From: Candidatus Sulfomarinibacter sp.
Lineage (GTDB): Bacteria; Acidobacteriota; Thermoanaerobaculia; Thermoanaerobaculales; Sulfomarinibacteraceae
DNA: 64,000 nt
Direction: 5' to 3'
Assembly: GCA_041560205.1 (NCBI GenBank)
Contig: JBFFBV010000012.1
Span: forward strand, 2,208-66,207
Positions within the stretch are counted from its first letter, which is position 1; the number at the start of each line of letters is the position of its first letter. Shown here piece by piece: positions 33,740-41,971 of the stretch. The notes beneath the pieces were generated by a model. That model searched no databases. It worked only from the letters and a program-made list of their open reading frames with translations, and was not told the origin of the DNA. Position numbers and translations under genes: made by a program.

Positions 33740-35770
33740 CTACCAGAAGATCGCGTACAGCGCCAAGGTCAGAATAACAACCACGACACCGAAGATCTTG
33801 GTCCGTTGATCGGTCCGCATGTCCATCGCCTCGTTCACCGGCAGGGTGACCGACTCGGGCATCGGCCGGACCAGCGTCATGATCGTCAGCACCGTGAGCA
33901 CGACGAAAAAGCAGATCGCCATGCGGTTCAAAAAGGCGATGTCCGGCGCGAGGTATTTGAGCGCGCCATAGAGGATCGGGTTGATGACCAGACCCACGGT
34001 GCCGCATGCACGGGGCGCCCGGTGGACCAGCACGCCGAAGAGAAAGATCGCCAGAATGCCGGGGCTGATGAATCCCTGGAACTCCTGGATGAAGGTGAAA
34101 ATGCCGCCGAACTTCGGGTTGTCGAGGCTGGGTGCGATCAGCATGGCGACGAAGACGAAGGCCACGACGCAGATCCGGCCGACGGTGACGAGCTCGAACT
34201 GTGACGGCTGCTTTTTGACCTTGCGGTAGATGTCCATCGCGAAGATCGTCGACGACGAGTTCAGCATCGACGCCAGGGAGCTCACCACGGCCCCGAAGAT
34301 TGCCGCCAGCACGAAGCCCTTGAGACCGATCCCCGCGGGCAGCAAGTTCTTGATGAGGACCGGGAAGGCGGCGTCGTAGTCGCGAAGCACCAGCTCGTGA
34401 ACGGTGCCGGACCGACCCCGACCGTTTCCGCCGCTGAGAAGAGTGGTGTTTTGATCGAAAATTTCTTCGACGCCAACCGGCGTATTCTGACCGAGCTGCT
34501 TTGCGTTGTGATTCATGATGCGCAATGCATCTTGCGGATGTCCGATGGCGAAGGTCTCGCTGAAGCGAAACACCACTGCGTCGTCTCCGGAATCCGATCG
34601 CGCGGCCTCGAGCCGCCGGTTGATCGCCTTGAGGTCGTTGACGAAGAGCGGCTCATTGGGATCCGGTTTGACCTCGTCGGAGAGCTCTGTGTAGAGCTCC
34701 GGGGCGAAGGTGGCGATCGCCTTGGCGTTCTTGACCACCGCTGCCGATTCTAGATCCGAGGTGAAAAGGTTGTAGGCGAGAATGCCGGGGATCACGACCA
34801 CGAAGGGGATCAGGAGCTTCAAAAAGGCCGCGAAGACGACGCCCCGCTGACCCTCGGCAAGCGATTTCGAGCCCAGGGTCCGCTGGGTGATGTACTGATT
34901 GAGCCCCCAGTAAAAGAAATTGGGGATCCACAGACCCACCACCAGGGCGGTCCATGGAACCTCGGGATCGTCGGGCGGACGGACCATGTGCAGCTTGCCC
35001 GCCTGCCAATCACCGGCATTCAAGAGCTGGAGACGTTCGATTGCCCCAGCGTTCGCCAGCTGCGATGGGTCGACCGGTGTCGTCGCGGTGGCGGCGAGGG
35101 CCGCCGGGTCGGCGTTTCCGAGAAGCTTCATCGCCAGGTAGGCGATGATGGCTCCACCGCAGATCAGGGCCGTACCCTGGATCAGATCGGCCCACGCGCA
35201 GGCCTTGAGGCCGCCGGCGAAGACATAGACCGCGGCCAGAGAGCCGATGATCCAGCAGCCGACGGTGATGCTCCCCAGATCGAGCCCGAAGAGGGCCTTC
35301 CCCTGGAAATTGACGGTGATGACCTTGGCACCCGAGTAAATGACCGAGGCGGTGGGCACACCCACCAGGATGATCAGTGTCGAGATCGCCATGACCATGC
35401 GGGCGAAAGGGTTGTAGCGGTATTCGAGGAACTCGGGGATGGTGTAGATTCCGCTCCGCAAAAATGTGGGAACGAAGAGGAAGGCGACGACCACCAGGGT
35501 GATGGCCGCCATCCACTCGTAGCTGGCGATGGCCATCCCCAGCCAGTCCGCCGCCTTACCGCTCATCCCGACGAACTGCTCGGTGGAGATGTTGGCAGCG
35601 ATGAGCGAAAAGCCCACCAGCCACCAGGTCAGCCCGCGCCCGGCGAGGAAGTAGTCCTGAGCGCCGTGCTCGCTGTGAGTCTCCTCGCCGCGGCTCTGCC
35701 AGAGACCGACCGCAATGACCGTGACCACGAAGATGACGAAAACCAGAATGTCGATGACGCCTACGCCCAC
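33740..35770 (-). CDS. Sodium:solute symporter (SSS/SGLT-like)
   Basis: 676 aa, polytopic. SSS N-terminal signature DYFLAGRGLTWWLVGFSLIAANISTEQFVGMSG. Confidence 0.9.
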   Translation of the reverse strand: MGVGVIDILVFVIFVVTVIAVGLWQSRGEETHSEHGAQDYFLAGRGLTWWLVGFSLIAANISTEQFVGMSGKAADWLGMAIASYEWMAAITLVVVAFLFVPTFLRSGIYTIPEFLEYRYNPFARMVMAISTLIILVGVPTASVIYSGAKVITVNFQGKALFGLDLGSITVGCWIIGSLAAVYVFAGGLKACAWADLIQGTALICGGAIIAYLAMKLLGNADPAALAATATTPVDPSQLANAGAIERLQLLNAGDWQAGKLHMVRPPDDPEVPWTALVVGLWIPNFFYWGLNQYITQRTLGSKSLAEGQRGVVFAAFLKLLIPFVVVIPGILAYNLFTSDLESAAVVKNAKAIATFAPELYTELSDEVKPDPNEPLFVNDLKAINRRLEAARSDSGDDAVVFRFSETFAIGHPQDALRIMNHNAKQLGQNTPVGVEEIFDQNTTLLSGGNGRGRSGTVHELVLRDYDAAFPVLIKNLLPAGIGLKGFVLAAIFGAVVSSLASMLNSSSTIFAMDIYRKVKKQPSQFELVTVGRICVVAFVFVAMLIAPSLDNPKFGGIFTFIQEFQGFISPGILAIFLFGVLVHRAPRACGTVGLVINPILYGALKYLAPDIAFLNRMAICFFVVLTVLTIMTLVRPMPESVTLPVNEAMDMRTDQRTKIFGVVVVILTLALYAIFW

Positions 35771-35849
35771 CGTACCTCCCCCTGCGAGTTCGAGAAAGTG
35801 TGATGCGGCGAGCTCCGATCGTCAACGGGGAACCGGATCGAGGAGGCTC

Positions 35850-36929
35850 TCATTCGCTGGAAAACCTGTAGATCGTGGATGTCTCGTAGATCTCGCCCGG
35901 CCGGAGAACGGTGGACGGAAACTCCGGTCTGTTCGGAGAGTCTGGGAAGTGCTGGGTCTCGAGACACACGGCGCAGCGGCGCCCATAGACGGCGCCGCCT
36001 TTTCCCGTGATGCTGCCGTCGAGGAAGTTCGCCGTGTAGAGCTGGAGTCCCGGCTCGCCGGTCAGAACTTCCAGAACCCTGCCTGTGGAAGGCTCCCTGG
36101 CCGTGGCCGCCAGAAAGAGATCCCGTCGAGAGGAACTCAGGACGTAGTTGTGGTCGTAGCCGGAAGCAAGCTGCAATTGCTCGTCATGGTCTTCGATTCG
36201 CTCTCCGATGGCGGTCGGATAGCGAAAATCCATTGGTGTTCCTTTGACTGCACGGATCTCGCCGGTGGGGATCATACGCTCGTCGACAGGTGTGAAGCGG
36301 TCCGCGTTGATCTGGAGTTCGTGGCCCGAAACGTCGCCCACCCCCTGACCGGCGAGGTTGAAGAAGGAGTGGTGGGTCAGGTTGACGTGGGTGGGTGCGT
36401 CGGTCGTCGCTCGATAGTCGATCCGGAGTTCGTTGTCGTGGGTCAGCGTGTAGGTGACCGAGACGCCGAGCCGGCCGGGGTAGCCTTCTTCGCCATCCAC
36501 GCTCAGGTAGCTGAGCTCGAGCTGTGGTCCACTGAGCATGGAGCGGGCTTGCGCCGACCACACGCCTTTGTCAAAGCCTGCGGCGCCACCATGCAGGTGG
36601 TTCTCGCCACTGTTGCGGGTGAGGGCATAGGTCTCGCCGTCGAGCGTGAAGGACCCTCCACGAATGCGGTTCGCGTATCGACCGACAATGGCACCGAAAT
36701 AGGGATGGCCTGCAAGGTAGCCATCGAGGTCATCGAATCCGAGCACGATGTCGGAGAACCGGCCGGCCCGGTCAGGAGCTGTCAACGAGGTCACGATGCC
36801 ACCGTAGGTCGTGATCGACGCCTGCATCCCTTTTTTGTTTGTCAGGACGAAGAGTTCGATATCACAACCGTCGGCGAGCGAACCGAAGTACCGTTGGGTG
36901 ATGGCGTCAGTCGAAGCGAGGTCGTGCAT
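35850..36929 (-). CDS. galM: Aldose 1-epimerase (galactose mutarotase)
   Basis: GalM motifs GRYANRI, NHLHGG and NLTHHSFFNL. Confidence 0.9.
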   Translation of the reverse strand: MHDLASTDAITQRYFGSLADGCDIELFVLTNKKGMQASITTYGGIVTSLTAPDRAGRFSDIVLGFDDLDGYLAGHPYFGAIVGRYANRIRGGSFTLDGETYALTRNSGENHLHGGAAGFDKGVWSAQARSMLSGPQLELSYLSVDGEEGYPGRLGVSVTYTLTHDNELRIDYRATTDAPTHVNLTHHSFFNLAGQGVGDVSGHELQINADRFTPVDERMIPTGEIRAVKGTPMDFRYPTAIGERIEDHDEQLQLASGYDHNYVLSSSRRDLFLAATAREPSTGRVLEVLTGEPGLQLYTANFLDGSITGKGGAVYGRRCAVCLETQHFPDSPNRPEFPSTVLRPGEIYETSTIYRFSSE

Positions 36930-37164
36930 GTTCTTTTTTGCGATTTTTTCTCATTTCTTTCGCTTTCTCAGATCAAAAGAGAGAATACTCGACGGTCCCG
37001 GTTCTGCACAAGTCTTCTTGCGGCGATCCACGTTGATCAGATGTCGGTATCTGTAAGTGCCAATAATAACTTGTAATTAGAAAAACCCGTTTCGTCGAGG
37101 AACGCATCGCACTCAATCGAAAGTCGGACCCATTCGCGTTTACCGGAAAAAATCAGGCAAATCC

Positions 37165-37193
37165 TTGCACTTTCGAAATTCTTGGATTATCTT
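37165..37193 (+). promoter_or_regulatory. Putative promoter of DeoR-receptor cassette 1
   Basis: TTGCAC (37165-70), 17-nt spacer, TATCTT (37188-93), within the AT-rich divergent galM/deoR region. Confidence 0.35.
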
Positions 37194-37213
37194 TTATTTC
37201 TTAAGGAACACAG

Positions 37214-38020
37214 ATGGTGATCACGGATCAACCCGTCGCCCTCAAAGCGGCATTGAGGCACGACGCGATCCGCCGTGCCATCGAGGTCGATGGACGCGTC
37301 AGCATTGCCGATCTCAGCGACCGGCTCGGCGTCTCCGAGGTCACGATCCGGGAGGACCTCAAGCATCTCGAAGGCAGGGGAGTGCTGAAGAGAGTGCGTG
37401 GCGGCGCGGTCGTGACGCGCAACGATGCCATGGAGATGTCGCTCGAGGAAACCAGCACCACCAACCGGGCCGAAAAGATGGCAATCGCCGCGAAGGCGGC
37501 ATCGATGGTCGAGGACGGCCAGACGATCATCATCGATGTTGGCAGCACAACCACCGAAATGGCCAAGGCTCTTTCTCCGGGGCTCTCCCGAGTCGTGGTG
37601 ATTACCAACGGGCTCAACATCGCGCTGATACTCGAAGGGCTGCCGGGCGTATCGGTGATCGTCACCGGCGGCACGCTGCGACCTCTCCAACACTCTCTGG
37701 TCGCGCCGATGGGGACGCTGTTGCTGGACCAGCTCAAGGCGGACATCGCATTTATCGGCTGCAACGGCGTCGATCCCGTGCGCGGATTCACCAACAGCAA
37801 CATTGCTGAAGCCGAAATCAAGCAGGCCATGGTTCGGTCGGCGGCGAAGTCGGTCTTCCTCGCCGACCACGACAAGATCGGAGAGGTGGCTTCGGCCTTT
37901 GTCGCCGACATCTCTGGAGCGGATCTGCTGATTACAGACGACGGCGCCGACGCATCGGTGCTTGGCAATCTGAGGAACGACGGGCTTGCCATCGAGGTGG
38001 TCCGGACAGGAGCTAAATGA
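37214..38020 (+). CDS. DeoR/GlpR family transcriptional regulator (copy 1)
   Basis: N-terminal HTH (RRAIEVDGRVSIADLSDRLGVSEVTIREDLKHLE) and a C-terminal DeoR sugar-binding domain (IIIDVGSTT...FLADHDK). Confidence 0.9.
   Translation: MVITDQPVALKAALRHDAIRRAIEVDGRVSIADLSDRLGVSEVTIREDLKHLEGRGVLKRVRGGAVVTRNDAMEMSLEETSTTNRAEKMAIAAKAASMVEDGQTIIIDVGSTTTEMAKALSPGLSRVVVITNGLNIALILEGLPGVSVIVTGGTLRPLQHSLVAPMGTLLLDQLKADIAFIGCNGVDPVRGFTNSNIAEAEIKQAMVRSAAKSVFLADHDKIGEVASAFVADISGADLLITDDGADASVLGNLRNDGLAIEVVRTGAK
37781..37998. repeat. 218-bp near-identical segment shared with 41719-41936
   Basis: Aligned by eye, it shows 3 mismatches in 218 nt. Flanking parts of the same paralogous genes are clearly more diverged. 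Confidence 0.85.
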
Positions 38021-38033
38021 GCGGGGGAGGTAC

Positions 38034-40829
38034 ATGATGACGAGAAGGAGATGGATCGCAGCCGCAGCAGTCGTGGCACTGCTGATTATTGGCCAAACGG
38101 CAGGGGCCCAGACCATGGGCAGCATTCGCGGGAGGATCGTGGACACCGATGGCCAGGCCCTGCCGGGCGTCATTATCGTGGTCACCGGCGAGGTCCTCGG
38201 CTCGGCCCAACGAAGCACGGTAACGAGCGCGTCTGGCGGCTTCTCATTCCCTGCAATGCCTGTCGGCACCTACACGGTGACGGCGACCCTTGGTGGCTTT
38301 CAGGTCCAGGCAGCAGAAGGTGTGAAAGTCGGTATCGATGCAGTTACGACGGTCGATTTCAGCATGCCGGAAGCCTTTTCAGAGGAGATCACCGTCATCG
38401 CCGAGACGCCGGTCATCGATACCGCGAGCCCCAGCTTCGGTGCGGCCTACGATGCAAATACGATCAAGGACCTGCCGACCAGAGGCAATTTCTACGACAC
38501 CCTCGCGGTGGCTCCGGGAGTGGCCGCGGACCGCGAGAGTATCTTCCTCCTCACGCCTTTCGGCTCGGACGTGCAGTCGAATCAGTGGAACATCGACGGT
38601 CTCGACAGCACCTCGCCGGAGGCCGGTGATGTCCGGTGGTCGATGAACGACGAGCTGATCGCCGAGCTCCAGATGGTCGGAACCGGCGCCGGCGCCGAGT
38701 ACGGCAGCATGCTTGGTAGCGCATTCAACGTCGTCACCAAGACAGGGACCAACGAGTTCCATGGCTCGGCAGTCCTCGATTACTGGGTCCCCAACTGGGT
38801 TTCCACCAACGCGGTGGAAGAGGACGCGCCGGAAGGTGCGCAGACCTATCGGATCGATCACCACAACAATTTGGTGCTGACGCTGGGTGGCCCGATCTTC
38901 AAAGACTCGCTGTGGTTCTTCGCGGCAGCGGAGTGGGGGCGCGTCTTGGAGTTCTGGCCATATCAGGAGGAGCTGCCCGGGCAGAAGGAGACGACCTGGG
39001 ACAACTACGACCTCAAGCTCACCGCGCAGTTCGGCAACGACCACCGACTCAACCTGCGGGTTGGCGACCACGACTACGTGGGTCCAGCGGTGGGCGATGT
39101 GTACTCCGAACCAACGAACTGGGGGGAGGACAGAAACAAAACCAAAATGTTCTCCGTGGATTACAGCGCTGTCCTGAGCGACAAGACCTTCCTCGAGGTC
39201 AAGGCGGGCGGTTGGCGCACCGATTACACCTGGGGACCCCAGATCCCGAGCGATGAGTGGATGTTCGTCGACACGACCGTCGATCCTTGGCAGTACTCCG
39301 GTGGAATGTGGTGGACCTGGGATTGGGACCCGCAGACCGACGACGCCGAGATTGTCCTCACGCAGCACGCCGACGACTTCCTCGCGGGCGACCACAGCTT
39401 CCGCTTCGGTGTCCAGTACAAGAAGGGCAGCGCGAATACCAAGACCTTCGACACCAGCTACTACTACCAGGCGGAGTCTTACTACTACAGCTACAACTAC
39501 GGTTACGGCTACTACTACACCTGGCAGGGTTTGTACTACCAGACGCCGTTCTACTACGGTGCGATATCGGAGTCGATCGGAGCTTTCGTAACCGACAGCT
39601 GGCAGGTCAGTGACAATCTGACTCTCGAGCTCGGTGTCCGCTACGACAACCACCAGGCCCGGGTCCCCGACTACCCCCGCCTCGACGGGGACTCGAACCC
39701 GACCGGTGAGATCATCGAGGGCCGTGACATGGTCGACTGGACCAGCGTCGACCCACGCCTCGGCTTTGCCTGGCAGCCGACCGGCAACGGAAGGACCCTC
39801 ATCCGCGGCTCGATCGGGCGCTTCCACGCGGGACCCGTGTTCGGCCAGTGGTACTGGCCACCGCCCGAAAAGCCGCCCTCTGAGGGGTACTGGCTCAACT
39901 GGGACGGCGAGTGGGAGCAGACCTGGTCATGGCATGCCTCCGACGCCTTACTAGTCGATGGTACCCAGAACGCTAACACCTGGGAGTACACCCTCGGCTT
40001 CGAGCAGCAGGTGGGCGCGACGAGTTCGATCGGCGTGCAGGCGGTCTACAAGAAGACCGAGAACCTCATCGGTTGGCATCTCCTCGACGACGCGGAGTAT
40101 ACGACCTTTAGCTACACCGACCCGTGGAACGGACAGGAGTTCGTGCTCCGCGACTACGGCGGCGGGGGACCGACAACAATGAAGGGCAACAGCTCCGGGC
40201 CTGGAGCGAACGGCGGCGATCGCCCCTACGAGCAGGAATACCAGGGTTTGATATTCACCTACAAAAAGCGGTTCAGCAACAACTGGGACATGCTCGCCTC
40301 CTACACCTACTCCAAGTCGGAGGGCCTGAACCCGACCTTCCTGGACTGGGGCAGCCAGGGCTACGTCATGTACTGGTTCATGGACGAGACTGATCCAAAC
40401 AGCCACCTCAACGCGTACAAGTCTCTCAACGCCGACCGCCGGCACATGTTCCGGGTGGTTGCGAACTACATGGCTCCGCTGCAATTCAAGTTCAGCACCG
40501 TGGTCAATTTCCAAACCGGTCGGCCCTATGACCGGTACGCGTTCGTCCAGGAGCCGAGCACCTGGTGGCGACAGACCCGAGTCATCGCCGAGCCGGCCAG
40601 CTACGAGCAGCGCTACCCGGATCAGGTCCTGTGGGACCTCAGCATCGGCAAGCACTTTTCTCTCGGCCAGCAAATGAACCTCAGCGTCGATCTGCAGATT
40701 CTCAACATCCTCAACGACGACGCGGTCGAGGGCTGGAGGACCCGTGAAATCAATCCCGATGAGGGTCCCATACCCAGCCTCTGGGTCCTCCCGAGGCGCG
40801 CCGAGCTCCGCCTGAGGTTCCAGTTCTGA
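38034..40829 (+). CDS. TonB-dependent receptor with N-terminal CarboxypepD_reg-like domain (copy 1)
   Basis: Signal peptide MMTRRRWIAAAAVVALLIIGQTAGAQT, then GSIRGRIVDTDGQALPGVIIVV...GTYTVTA (carboxypeptidase-regulatory fold), a plug, a long beta-barrel and a C-terminal aromatic residue (RFQF). Confidence 0.85.
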   Translation: MMTRRRWIAAAAVVALLIIGQTAGAQTMGSIRGRIVDTDGQALPGVIIVVTGEVLGSAQRSTVTSASGGFSFPAMPVGTYTVTATLGGFQVQAAEGVKVGIDAVTTVDFSMPEAFSEEITVIAETPVIDTASPSFGAAYDANTIKDLPTRGNFYDTLAVAPGVAADRESIFLLTPFGSDVQSNQWNIDGLDSTSPEAGDVRWSMNDELIAELQMVGTGAGAEYGSMLGSAFNVVTKTGTNEFHGSAVLDYWVPNWVSTNAVEEDAPEGAQTYRIDHHNNLVLTLGGPIFKDSLWFFAAAEWGRVLEFWPYQEELPGQKETTWDNYDLKLTAQFGNDHRLNLRVGDHDYVGPAVGDVYSEPTNWGEDRNKTKMFSVDYSAVLSDKTFLEVKAGGWRTDYTWGPQIPSDEWMFVDTTVDPWQYSGGMWWTWDWDPQTDDAEIVLTQHADDFLAGDHSFRFGVQYKKGSANTKTFDTSYYYQAESYYYSYNYGYGYYYTWQGLYYQTPFYYGAISESIGAFVTDSWQVSDNLTLELGVRYDNHQARVPDYPRLDGDSNPTGEIIEGRDMVDWTSVDPRLGFAWQPTGNGRTLIRGSIGRFHAGPVFGQWYWPPPEKPPSEGYWLNWDGEWEQTWSWHASDALLVDGTQNANTWEYTLGFEQQVGATSSIGVQAVYKKTENLIGWHLLDDAEYTTFSYTDPWNGQEFVLRDYGGGGPTTMKGNSSGPGANGGDRPYEQEYQGLIFTYKKRFSNNWDMLASYTYSKSEGLNPTFLDWGSQGYVMYWFMDETDPNSHLNAYKSLNADRRHMFRVVANYMAPLQFKFSTVVNFQTGRPYDRYAFVQEPSTWWRQTRVIAEPASYEQRYPDQVLWDLSIGKHFSLGQQMNLSVDLQILNILNDDAVEGWRTREINPDEGPIPSLWVLPRRAELRLRFQF

Positions 40830-40844
40830 TCGAGTGGTTTTCGT

Positions 40845-40876
40845 CGACGAGCCCACTTCGGTGGGCTCGTCATTTG
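40845..40876 (+). terminator. Hairpin terminator after receptor 1
   Basis: GACGAGCCCAC-TTCG-GTGGGCTCGTC (11-bp stem, tetraloop) followed by ATTTGG (short U-tract). Confidence 0.6.
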
Positions 40877-41151
40877 GATCTGGAAGGTTGATGCCGAGAT
40901 GTGTCGAGCACGGAGCGGTGAACAGCCGAAACCGTATTCGCTCTGCTTTCTTTTCAAATCGTCAGAGGATTTCTGAGGGCGTGATATCGAGATGAGGGCA
41001 TGAATTCAGGAGTTATTGGGGATTCTGTCATCCAGCCCTGTGGATGTGGATGTCCAAGCAGAGCGTGGAGAGTCGCAGTCCTGGGTGTCAAAGATCTCCC
41101 ATTCGAGTTTTCGGTCATCTCAGTTTATGTGTTGTTCACCAAGGGAGTCCG

Positions 41152-41958
41152 ATGCTGACCGTGGATCAGCCCGTCGCGATCAAGGCTGCCCTGAGACACG
41201 ACACGATTCGTCGTGCCATCGAGGTCAGCGGCCGGGTCAGCATTGCGGACCTCAAGGATCGCCTGGACGTCTCAGAGGTGACGATCCGCGAAGATCTCAA
41301 ATTCCTCGAGAGCAAGGGCGTCCTCACCCGCGTCCGGGGTGGCGCGGTGGTTTCGCGCGACGGCCCTCTGGAGATGTCGCTCGAGGAAACCAGTACCACC
41401 AACCGGTCCGAGAAAATGGCGATCGCGGCGCGGGCCGCCGCCATGGTGGATGACGGTCAGACCATCATCATCGATGTCGGCAGCACCACGACCGAGCTGG
41501 CCAAGGCCCTTTCACCGGAGCTCTCTCGGGTCGTGGTGATCACCAACGGGCTCAACATCGCGCTGATACTCGAAGGGCTGCCGGGGGTGTCGGTCATCGT
41601 AACAGGTGGCACCCTGCGTCCACTGCAACACTCGCTGGTTGCGCCGATGGGGACGCTCCTGATCGACCAGCTGAAGGCGGATGTGGCGTTTCTGGGATGC
41701 AACGGCGTCGATACCAGCCGCGGATTCACCAACAGCAACATTGCTGAAGCCGAAATCAAGCAGGCCATGGTTCGGTCGGCGGCGAAGTCGGTCTTCCTCG
41801 CCGACCACGACAAGATCGGAGAAGTGGCTTCGGCCTTTGTCGCCGACGTCTCTGGAGCGGATCTGCTGATTACAGACGACGGCGCCGACGCATCGGTGCT
41901 CGGCAATCTGAGGAACGACGGGCTTGCCATCGAGGTCGTCCCGACAGGAGCCAAATGA
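41152..41958 (+). CDS. DeoR/GlpR family transcriptional regulator (copy 2)
   Basis: Paralogue of 37214..38020 with very high protein similarity. Differences are concentrated in the N-terminal half. Confidence 0.9.
   Translation: MLTVDQPVAIKAALRHDTIRRAIEVSGRVSIADLKDRLDVSEVTIREDLKFLESKGVLTRVRGGAVVSRDGPLEMSLEETSTTNRSEKMAIAARAAAMVDDGQTIIIDVGSTTTELAKALSPELSRVVVITNGLNIALILEGLPGVSVIVTGGTLRPLQHSLVAPMGTLLIDQLKADVAFLGCNGVDTSRGFTNSNIAEAEIKQAMVRSAAKSVFLADHDKIGEVASAFVADVSGADLLITDDGADASVLGNLRNDGLAIEVVPTGAK
41719..41936. repeat. 218-bp near-identical segment shared with 37781-37998
   Basis: See the partner entry at 37781-37998. Confidence 0.85.
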
Positions 41959-41971
41959 GAGGGGGAGGTTC

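Noticed and set aside
37986-38033. Upstream extension of receptor 1 (track start 37986), and likewise 41924 for receptor 2
   Set aside because: The extension overlaps the deoR 3' end. GGGGGAGG followed by ATG ATG at 38034 (41972 for receptor 2) gives a proper signal peptide.
38379-39827. 482-aa minus-strand ORF, and the analogous 42908..44383 ORF
   Set aside because: Both are antisense to the two TonB-dependent receptor genes. They are high-GC frame artefacts without motifs.
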